43,376 nt of DNA, from IMG/VR virus record IMGVR_UViG_3300009838_000005; one strand, given 5' to 3'. Each line of letters opens with the position of its first letter. The first letter of the stretch is position 1. The translations under genes and the position numbers were made by a program. Shown here piece by piece: positions 32,483 to 38,736 of this stretch. The stretch is from a virus. The notes beneath the pieces are model-generated. The model had not been told where the DNA came from. It searched no databases and was given only the letters and a program-made list of their open reading frames with translations.

Positions 32483-32500
32483 ATATGTTAGGTTGTGTGA

Positions 32501-32866
32501 TTATCGCTTTTTGTGTGTTCCCGGCTTGACATTATCACTGTCATGAGGATTTGTCGCGGGATTTGTGAAGCCTTGTAATACCTGCAAGGCCAGATCGCGG
32601 CGATCGGGCGGGATGCTTGCCCACACATTCAAAAGCGCATCATCGGCAGGCGTGCCTTCGGTGAGCAGGTCCAGGGGGCTGCAACGCAGCGCAAGGGCCA
32701 GCTTCTTCAAGTTCGAGACTGAGATATTCCGCGCACCACTGGCCATCAGGGACACATAAGAAGGTGACATATCAGCCCGCGCGGCCAATTCCTCGACCGT
32801 CAAGCCTCGCAATCTCCGCAGCTCATGGATTCGGTTTTTCAGCACAAAGGGCGGTTTGCGCCGCAC
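32501..32866 (-). CDS. cI: CI-like repressor, XRE-family HTH (121 aa), no S24 peptidase domain
   Basis: The HTH is LTVEELAARADMSPSYVSLMASGARNISVSNLKKLALAL. GGAGGA RBS and GTG start. It is divergent from the cro-like gene. Confidence 0.75.
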   Translation of the reverse strand: MRRKPPFVLKNRIHELRRLRGLTVEELAARADMSPSYVSLMASGARNISVSNLKKLALALRCSPLDLLTEGTPADDALLNVWASIPPDRRDLALQVLQGFTNPATNPHDSDNVKPGTHKKR

Positions 32867-32912
32867 GGTGGCGGTCCTCCATAGACAATATGTAATTTTT
32901 CGGAAGAAACCC

Positions 32913-32939
32913 CTTGCGCCTTTCCGTTACACAGTGTAA
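32913..32939 (+). promoter_or_regulatory. PR-like promoter/operator cassette (operator palindrome GTTACACAGTGTAAC at 32926-32940)
   Basis: The sequence is CTTGCGCCttTCCGTTACACAGTGTAA. It is an inverted copy of the cassette at 32169-32195 and ends 10 nt before the cro-like ATG. Confidence 0.55.
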
Positions 32940-32948
32940 CAAGATGGC

Positions 32949-33152
32949 ATGGAACCGCTGGAACAGTACAGGATCAAAAACGGACTGACCAAGACGCAGC
33001 TTGCCGGAACGCTTGGCGTCTCGCCCGCAATGATTAGCCTGATTGCGTCCGGCGCACGTAAACCCGGTTTCGCGCTGACACAGCGGATTGAGGCCGTCAC
33101 CGGCATTCCGCGCCACATCCTCCGGCCTGACGTTTATGAGGCCGCGCAATGA
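32949..33152 (+). CDS. cro: Cro-like HTH regulator (67 aa)
   Basis: The HTH is LTKTQLAGTLGVSPAMISLIASGARKP. It is divergent from the repressor. Confidence 0.7.
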   Translation: MEPLEQYRIKNGLTKTQLAGTLGVSPAMISLIASGARKPGFALTQRIEAVTGIPRHILRPDVYEAAQ

Positions 33153-33253
33153 ACCCCGCCCACGCTTCCCCTGCAAACAGCGTGAAAAGAGCTTCCTCCC
33201 CGCTCGGCGGCAACTTGGCCCGTCCACAAGCCAACTCCCGGACAGGCCATTCC

Positions 33254-33409
33254 TTATTCCGTCAGCCGCCGCACGATGGCGCTGCTGACATCTCCAATCC
33301 GAACGAACCCGCCGTTTTCCTCCCTGCGGCGGTTCTGACGGGGGCGGCGTGTCGGTTGGGTTCCACGCCGCTCCCGTTTCCATTTCATCAGGTTAATCAC
33401 TTCACACAT
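33254..33409 (-). CDS. Small highly basic protein (51 aa), antisense to the rightward operon; tentative
   Basis: AAGGAG lies 9 nt upstream of ATG 33409. The product is MCEVINLMKWKRERRGTQPTRRPRQNRRREENGGFVRIGDVSSAIVRRLTE. It competes with the + strand ORF 33149-33505. Confidence 0.3.
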   Translation of the reverse strand: MCEVINLMKWKRERRGTQPTRRPRQNRRREENGGFVRIGDVSSAIVRRLTE

Positions 33410-33464
33410 CTGGACGGTCTCCTTTGTTCTCTGTCTCGCAACAGGAAACATAAGGAGGTTCACT

Positions 33465-33842
33465 TTGCAAAACGCACCAAAAGACTTTGGGCAAGCGGAG
33501 CGTGAAATGGATGTGACCGTTGCACGCGACCAGCACCACGCCTTGGTTACTAGGCTCATGACGGGTCCGGGCGGATCGGAATCTGCCATGCACCGCGCTG
33601 AAAGGCAGTTTGGCCTTCCGTATTGGGCGCAATTCGCGCTTCGATACAAGCGCCGCGCAACGCCCGCATTTATTGCGCGGGTGCGAGAAGCATATCTTTC
33701 AGTGTTGGAGCAGTCCCTCAAGAAAGACATTCACGAACTCAAGACGGAACAGGCAAGGGGCGGCGCGGATGCTGGCATTGAGGGTCTTATTTCTGAGGCT
33801 GAGGGTCTTCTTAGCCGTATCAAAAGCAAGTCGTCTGCTTAG
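33465..33842 (+). CDS. Hypothetical early protein (125 aa)
   Basis: AAGGAGG lies 6 nt before TTG 33465. The product is helical and charged. Confidence 0.6.
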   Translation: MQNAPKDFGQAEREMDVTVARDQHHALVTRLMTGPGGSESAMHRAERQFGLPYWAQFALRYKRRATPAFIARVREAYLSVLEQSLKKDIHELKTEQARGGADAGIEGLISEAEGLLSRIKSKSSA

Positions 33843-33854
33843 GAAGGCGCGGCG

Positions 33855-33977
33855 ATGAAGACCCGCCTCACGCTTTCCCAACTCCCGCCTTCCGTCAACG
33901 CCATCTGGCGTCATGGCAAGAACCGCACCTATCGCACCCGCGACTACATGACATGGCAGGGGAGGGTTGATCGGTGA
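33855..33977 (+). pseudogene. Stranded 5' fragment of rusA (40 codons)
   Basis: MKTRLTLSQLPPSVNAIWRHGKNRTYRTRDYMTWQ duplicates the N-terminus of the intact RusA at 34473. It ends in a GTGA overlap with the HNH start. Confidence 0.7.
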
Positions 33978-34480
33978 AGCGCAAGTCTCCTTGCTCAGTT
34001 GTCCCACCCGAAATTCGGTTTGCGAAGAAAGTTTACAAGACAAGCTCTTGCTGGGTCTGGACTGGCGCAAGAAACCGAAAGGGTTATGGAGTGTTTTCTC
34101 TTTGGCCCAACGGGAATAGGACCGCGCATAGGTATTCGTGGGAGTTGGCAAACGGGCCGATCCCCAACGGGATGTTTGTTTGTCACAAGTGCGACACTCC
34201 GCATTGTGTCAACCCGGATCACCTGTTTTTGGGGACGCCGCGCGATAACACGCACGACATGATCGCGAAGGGAAGGCACAGCCGGGGCGAAGAACACGGT
34301 GAAAGCGTTCGAAATGCCAAGAAAGGCAATCGCAAGCTAACAGAGTACACCGTTTTGAAAATTAAGGAGAAGATCCAAGGCGGCTACACTCAGCGCAGTA
34401 TCGCCAGGATTTACGGCATCAGTCAGGCAACCGTCGGCCAGATTAGCCGTGGGGTTACTTGGAGGACTGTCAATGGCTAA
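33974..34480 (+). CDS. Free-standing HNH homing endonuclease with a C-terminal HTH (168 aa)
   Basis: Motifs are CWVWTG...GYGVF...VCHKCDTPHCVNPDHLFLGTPRDN plus YTQRSIARIYGISQATVGQISRG. Confidence 0.85.
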   Translation: MKRKSPCSVVPPEIRFAKKVYKTSSCWVWTGARNRKGYGVFSLWPNGNRTAHRYSWELANGPIPNGMFVCHKCDTPHCVNPDHLFLGTPRDNTHDMIAKGRHSRGEEHGESVRNAKKGNRKLTEYTVLKIKEKIQGGYTQRSIARIYGISQATVGQISRGVTWRTVNG

Positions 34481-34853
34481 GACGCGCATCAATCTTGCTC
34501 ACCTTCCTCCGTCAGTAAATGCGATTTGGCGGCACGCAAAGGGCAAAACTTATCGAACCAAGACATACATGGAATGGCGCAACTCCGAAGGCTGGAACAT
34601 CATGGCGCAGATGATAAAGCAGCCGAGTTTTAAGGGGCCAGTTTACATCACGCTGGCCATGCGCCGCCGCCGCAAGAACATGGACGGCGACAACTTCCAA
34701 AAGGGCATTTTTGACCTGCTTCAGCATCTCGCAGTCATTGATGACGACAAGAACATCATGGGCTGCAACTGGTTCTGGACCGCCGACCTTCCTGCGGGCA
34801 TTGCCGCTGAAATATCCATCGTCCAGGCGGATGAACTCGGGGCGGCGGCATGA
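34473..34853 (+). CDS. rusA: RusA-family Holliday junction resolvase (126 aa)
   Basis: Motifs are LPPSVNAIWRH, YITLAMRRRRKNMDGDNFQKGIFDLL and VIDDDKNI. GGAGGA RBS before ATG 34473. Confidence 0.8.
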   Translation: MAKTRINLAHLPPSVNAIWRHAKGKTYRTKTYMEWRNSEGWNIMAQMIKQPSFKGPVYITLAMRRRRKNMDGDNFQKGIFDLLQHLAVIDDDKNIMGCNWFWTADLPAGIAAEISIVQADELGAAA

Positions 34854-35371
34854 AGCGCACGATTGATTGGACCGCCTCACAGGTTGCCGAACTCATCACG
34901 TTCTGGCGACAGGGCCTTACCTCATACCAACTCGCCACGCATTTCAACGTCACGCGCGATAGCATCATGGGCAAGCTGCACCGCGAAAAACTACGCCGTG
35001 CCACGTCAGGCGACCCCATCGAACGCCGCGCCGTGGCGAATACCGGAACCATCACAAAACGACGTTACACACGGAGGGAAGCCATGTTGACTTTGCCTGA
35101 ACGTGCCGGGTCTGTAATGCGTATCGTTGAACCGCCTCCCACGCCCCCGGATCAGGGCCAGCTTGCCAGCATCGTTGACGTCACCGGGTGCCGCTGGCCG
35201 ATCAAGGATGACCCCGAGTTTATCGGCGGCGTGGCGTTCTGCAACCACGAACAGCGGGACGGTTCCCCGTACTGCCCATATCACGCTCACAAGAATGTTG
35301 CGCCGTGGTCGGCAGAGGCCATCCGGCGAACCATGAGCCAAGCTAACTTCATTGCCAAGAGGTTTCCATGA
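34850..35371 (+). CDS. gcrA: GcrA-like cell-cycle regulator homologue (173 aa)
   Basis: The N-terminus WTASQVAELITFWRQGLTSYQLATHFNVTRDSIMGKLHR and the C-terminus CRWPIKDDP...FCNHEQRDGSPYCPYH follow the GcrA layout. Confidence 0.75.
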   Translation: MKRTIDWTASQVAELITFWRQGLTSYQLATHFNVTRDSIMGKLHREKLRRATSGDPIERRAVANTGTITKRRYTRREAMLTLPERAGSVMRIVEPPPTPPDQGQLASIVDVTGCRWPIKDDPEFIGGVAFCNHEQRDGSPYCPYHAHKNVAPWSAEAIRRTMSQANFIAKRFP

Positions 35372-35883
35372 ACGCGGATCAAGCAGAGAGGCACATCAAG
35401 AGCCAACTGGACGGGCGGTTTTTCACCATGATGGTGACGCCAGGTTTTGAAGCGGAGCCCTATGTTGACGAGCGCCGCGTGCCGAAGGATTATATCCCCG
35501 ACCACCGCCCCGCATGGTCAACCGACATGGAAGGCGGCGAGGTTGAGCACCACAACGCCACGCCGTTCACGGCTGAACAAGACGCGAAGTTGCTTGAAAT
35601 GCGTGCCGCTGGCGCACGCTGGCGGGTTATCGGCGTTGCCATTGGCCGGTGTGTAAACAATACCCGCGACCGCTACAAGGCGATTTGTCGAGAGCGTGGC
35701 ATTGACCCCGGTCCCACAAGGCTCCCGAAACCGCCGAAGGTAGCAATTCATATCAAGGAGCGGGCGTTTGCCTTGAAACTTGACGGATATACCTATGTGC
35801 AGATCGGAGAAATGCTTGGCCTGACCAAGTGGCAAGCGTCTGACGCGGTTCTTCAGGTCAAAAAGCGGAGGATGGCAGCATGA
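35368..35883 (+). CDS. Putative transcription regulator (171 aa): Myb/SANT-like segment plus a C-terminal HTH
   Basis: The two segments are FTAEQDAKLLEMRAAGARWRVIGVAIGRCVNNTRDRYKAI and YTYVQIGEMLGLTKWQASDAV. Confidence 0.5.
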   Translation: MNADQAERHIKSQLDGRFFTMMVTPGFEAEPYVDERRVPKDYIPDHRPAWSTDMEGGEVEHHNATPFTAEQDAKLLEMRAAGARWRVIGVAIGRCVNNTRDRYKAICRERGIDPGPTRLPKPPKVAIHIKERAFALKLDGYTYVQIGEMLGLTKWQASDAVLQVKKRRMAA

Positions 35884-36005
35884 ATACGCCCGTCTTTGTC
35901 GGACTGCTCGCACTGGCGGAAGTTTACGTGGTTTGGATTTCTTACAGCCTTGGCCACGCAACCGGGTGGTTGGAAGGCATGGAAATACGGCGCACCAAAG
36001 AGTGA
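35880..36005 (+). CDS. Hydrophobic micro-ORF (41 aa), tentative
   Basis: MNTPVFVGLLALAEVYVVWISYSLGHATGWLEGMEIRRTKE. ATGA overlap with the upstream stop. Confidence 0.3.
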   Translation: MNTPVFVGLLALAEVYVVWISYSLGHATGWLEGMEIRRTKE

Positions 36006-36051
36006 ATAATGTGATTGCTCCATAAAGTCGGTTTTGAGGTAAAATCCTTAC

Positions 36052-36696
36052 ATGAACTTATCCGCCACCATAGCCAAGATGAGAGCCTGCGGGATGACCG
36101 CAGAGGCTATCTTGCTTGCTTTGGAATGTTTGGTCCTTGACCAGACGCCCGAAAGGTCAGGTGCCGCGCGGAGGCAAGCGGCCTATCGGGAACGTAACGC
36201 GTTACGTAACAAGCATAACGGTGACGTAACACGTGCCGTTGACCCTTCCCCCCTTGTTCCCCCCCTTTCCCCCACACCCCCTAACCCCCCCTATAATCCC
36301 CCCATCCAATCAAAACCAACGCGCGCAAAGCCCGCAACGGAATTGTCGGATGAGTGGGAACCGGACGGCAAAACTTGGAAACTTGCCGAACAGCTTGGTT
36401 TCACCAACCAAGAGGCTTGGGACCAACTCGACCGAATGCGGGATTGGGCCAAGAACGCCGGGGCCAAGGGGCGGAAACCCGATTGGAACGCCGCATTTCG
36501 CAACTGGCTGAAAAGGACCGCCGATGAACGACAAGCCCGCCCTTCAACCCCTCGCCAACGCAATAACCTCACCGACACTCTCGCCATCCTCGATGCCGTC
36601 ACCGACGAGAAAATCCGTAGAGCAGGCGGATATGGGGAGGAGGGCGGCGAAGAAGATATTGGCCAGTTACCCGGATTACGGCAAAGCGCCGCCTGA
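36052..36696 (+). CDS. Hypothetical protein, possible replication-initiation/organiser protein (214 aa)
   Basis: A Pro-rich linker is encoded by C tracts. The C-terminal W.P......FT..EAW.Q..RMRDWA......K.DW.AAFRNWL pattern is seen in phage replication-module proteins. The assignment is weak. Confidence 0.4.
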   Translation: MNLSATIAKMRACGMTAEAILLALECLVLDQTPERSGAARRQAAYRERNALRNKHNGDVTRAVDPSPLVPPLSPTPPNPPYNPPIQSKPTRAKPATELSDEWEPDGKTWKLAEQLGFTNQEAWDQLDRMRDWAKNAGAKGRKPDWNAAFRNWLKRTADERQARPSTPRQRNNLTDTLAILDAVTDEKIRRAGGYGEEGGEEDIGQLPGLRQSAA

Positions 36697-37090
36697 GTAT
36701 GCCATCAACCTTGCAGAATACCTTTCGTTCCTCACCCCTGATGAAATATCCGTGGTGATGCATCCGAAGAACGGCGTCACCGCCCGGTGCCAGTATCTCC
36801 CAACCAATGCCGAGATACAGGCATGCCTTAGGGAGCATGAGGAAAAGCAGCGCCTGTTCACGCCGAGCAACTCGGGCTATCAGCGGTTCGAGTCGGTTTG
36901 CACGCCGCAGGACGCCAAACCGGACAAGACGCCATTCCGGCCTTACCCGAAACTGTGGTCTGAGTTCGCGGACGAACCGTGGCTGATGAAGGGCCACACA
37001 TTCGAGACGCTTACGGAGGCCAGCCGCAGCCTTGCGATGTTCGGCAAGGACGCGGCCCGCGATGTACTGGCGCGGAGGGTAGGGGCTTGA
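36632..37090 (+). CDS. Hypothetical protein (152 aa)
   Basis: ATG 36632 was chosen. The upstream part of ORF 36524-37090 is a Ser/Pro-rich off-frame overlap with the preceding gene. Confidence 0.5.
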   Translation: MGRRAAKKILASYPDYGKAPPEYAINLAEYLSFLTPDEISVVMHPKNGVTARCQYLPTNAEIQACLREHEEKQRLFTPSNSGYQRFESVCTPQDAKPDKTPFRPYPKLWSEFADEPWLMKGHTFETLTEASRSLAMFGKDAARDVLARRVGA

Positions 37091-37557
37091 CCTCCTGGTT
37101 AATCATCCGCACTGACCACGCAAAAGAGCAGTATGTTGCCCGTCAGATCGCCAACATGGGTTATGACAATTGGGTGCCGGCGCAATTTATTGTCATTCGG
37201 CCCACAATAACACGCCGGGTCACGGCCTGCGGACGGTTGATGAAAGTCAAGGAACTGCCGATCCTTCCTCGTCGCCTGTTTGCTCGGATTGTGGATTGCC
37301 ATGACCGGGAAACGCAGTCGGAACTGGCAAGCCTGCGGCATTGCGCTGGTATCGAGCGGGACGGTGAACAGCGGCTGATCCTGATCCCCGATGCGGAGAT
37401 TGCCCGATTCCGCGCCGCAATAGACGCGGAGAACACGGCTGCACTGGCGCTGGCTCAAAAGGCGTCTCGGAAGCAAAAAGCCAAATGGCGCTCATTGCAT
37501 GATGCGCTGTTGGACATGATTGACTCAGCAAAAGCACAGATGGAGCAAGCGGCGTGA
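37087..37557 (+). CDS. NusG/RfaH-like N-terminal-domain protein, candidate late antiterminator (156 aa)
   Basis: SWLIIRTDHAKEQYVARQIANMGYDNWVPAQ...LPILPRRLFARI resembles the NusG NTD pattern (W..v.t....E..v...l...g....P......P.fP.ylF). TTG start in a TTGA overlap, preceded by GGAGGG. Confidence 0.4.
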   Translation: MTSWLIIRTDHAKEQYVARQIANMGYDNWVPAQFIVIRPTITRRVTACGRLMKVKELPILPRRLFARIVDCHDRETQSELASLRHCAGIERDGEQRLILIPDAEIARFRAAIDAENTAALALAQKASRKQKAKWRSLHDALLDMIDSAKAQMEQAA

Positions 37558-37778
37558 GCGATTGGGCTAGTAAAAAAGCTGAGGACATAGGCAGTTGGCC
37601 GGGTGTTTGGTTGAATGATACGCAATTAATTGCTTTGGCTGCTTTGTTTCGGAAAGAGCGTTGTGCCGCGTTGGATGAGGCGGCGGAATGCGCCATCGAC
37701 AATCAAGACTGTGATGCGTTTGAAATAGCTGACGCAATCCAAGACTTGAAGGGGCAGCATCCCGCCTTAATTCTGTAA
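37554..37778 (+). CDS. Hypothetical protein (74 aa), last gene of the early-right arm
   Basis: GTG start in a GTGA overlap. A terminator follows. Confidence 0.5.
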   Translation: MSDWASKKAEDIGSWPGVWLNDTQLIALAALFRKERCAALDEAAECAIDNQDCDAFEIADAIQDLKGQHPALIL

Positions 37779-37824
37779 CAATCTCTGTGCTATATGTTTC
37801 TAGTCGTTGCACGACCAAGCTGCT

Positions 37825-37868
37825 AAAAGACCGACTCGACGGCGGAAACTCAAGTCGGGTCGGTTTTA
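37825..37868 (+). terminator. Rho-independent terminator between the early-right and late genes
   Basis: The stem is GACCGACTCGA-cggcggaaac-TCAAGTCGGGTC (imperfect), flanked by AAAA upstream and TTTT downstream. Confidence 0.65.
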
Positions 37869-38112
37869 GCATAACGCATATGCCGCTCAAGAGGGTTCGC
37901 CCCGTGGCTGCGGTCCTCGCACACTGCGAGGCAGCGTGATGATTTACGTCAATTTATGACGGGGTGTGGGCTCAAATCCATACGGTAGGTCTGCCAAGAT
38001 CACGCCAAACCCGTCACCCCATTCCCGCCCAGCCCCGGCTAGCTCATCCAGCACTGCGTAAGAGTCCGTGTGCGCCTGCGGCGGGAACCCCTTCACAACC
38101 AAACGGAGTCCC

Positions 38113-38298
38113 ATGCCAGATCATCTGACCTACACAGGCGCGACTGCCCTTGCCAAACGCATCCGCGACTATTGGGCGGCACAGGGCAAGGCGGTCAACA
38201 CGCGCGTTGAGGGATACGGCCCGATCAGCCAGCAAGGAACACACTACGTTTTCGCCGTCCGTTCCGACATGATTAACGGTTCTCCCCGCAATTCGTAA
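38113..38298 (+). CDS. Hypothetical protein (61 aa)
   Basis: GGAG RBS before ATG 38113 (MPDHLTYTGATALAKRIRDYWAAQGK...). This is the first ORF after the terminator. Confidence 0.5.
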   Translation: MPDHLTYTGATALAKRIRDYWAAQGKAVNTRVEGYGPISQQGTHYVFAVRSDMINGSPRNS

Positions 38299-38313
38299 CA
38301 AAGGAAATTACAC

Positions 38314-38478
38314 ATGAACATTTACAAGTCTGGCAAGTCTCACGGCTCCACGACCGCTGAAATGGGCAAGAAACCCAACTCGGTCGGCACCAAGGTCATG
38401 CATTCCGCCGGCAAGTCCAGCGGCACTGACCGCATGGGCGATCCCAAGGGCGCTCCCGCTATGGGAAAAGGCAAGTAA
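38314..38478 (+). CDS. Small Lys/Gly/Ser-rich protein (54 aa; below the ORF-track cutoff)
   Basis: AAGGAAA RBS. The product is MNIYKSGKSHGSTTAEMGKKPNSVGTKVMHSAGKSSGTDRMGDPKGAPAMGKGK. The antisense ORF 38340-38813 was judged a shadow. Confidence 0.4.
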   Translation: MNIYKSGKSHGSTTAEMGKKPNSVGTKVMHSAGKSSGTDRMGDPKGAPAMGKGK

Positions 38479-38487
38479 TCAGACACC

Positions 38488-38736
38488 ATGTCTGAGCGTG
38501 GACGCAAGCCTGGGTTCGTCATGTCAGCCGAACACCGGGCTAAAATCCAAAACAGCAACATTCTCAATGCCTTGATTGAACACGTCGAAGGCAGCAGGGA
38601 AATGTCGTCCACGCAAGTCACAGCGGCCCTTGGATTGCTCAAGAAGGCGCTCCCTGACCTGTCTGCCGTAGAGATTGGTTCCGACCCTGACAGGCCAATG
38701 AGGATGACGTTTGAGTGGATGAAGCCCAGCGAATAG
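38488..38736 (+). CDS. terS: Putative terminase small subunit (82 aa)
   Basis: The gene lies immediately upstream of terL and overlaps it. It has a basic N-terminus (MSERGRKPGFVMSAEHRAKI). Assigned by position. Confidence 0.5.
   Translation: MSERGRKPGFVMSAEHRAKIQNSNILNALIEHVEGSREMSSTQVTAALGLLKKALPDLSAVEIGSDPDRPMRMTFEWMKPSE

Noticed and set aside
33149-33505. A 118-aa + strand ORF with an ATGA overlap to the cro-like gene.
   Set aside because: The Pro/Ala/Ser/Arg-rich product looks off-frame, and it would overlap the next well-supported gene (AAGGAGG-TTG 33465) by 41 nt. It is left unresolved in the findings and not called as a CDS.
36241-36310. Clustered C5-C7 homopolymers (cccttccccccttgttccccccctttccccc...), considered as a phase-variable tract or a replication origin.
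   Set aside because: They are in frame and encode a plausible Pro-rich linker (DPSPLVPPLSPTPPNPPYNPP) inside a long ORF. No iterons or adjacent AT-rich unwinding region were seen, so there is no evidence beyond composition.
37960-38000. A tRNA-like T-loop motif (GGGCTCAAATCC...TGCCA) in the early/late intergenic gap, considered as a tRNA or an attP tRNA fragment.
   Set aside because: The flanking bases do not form a T stem (GTGGG versus CCATA). No acceptor or anticodon arms can be drawn.
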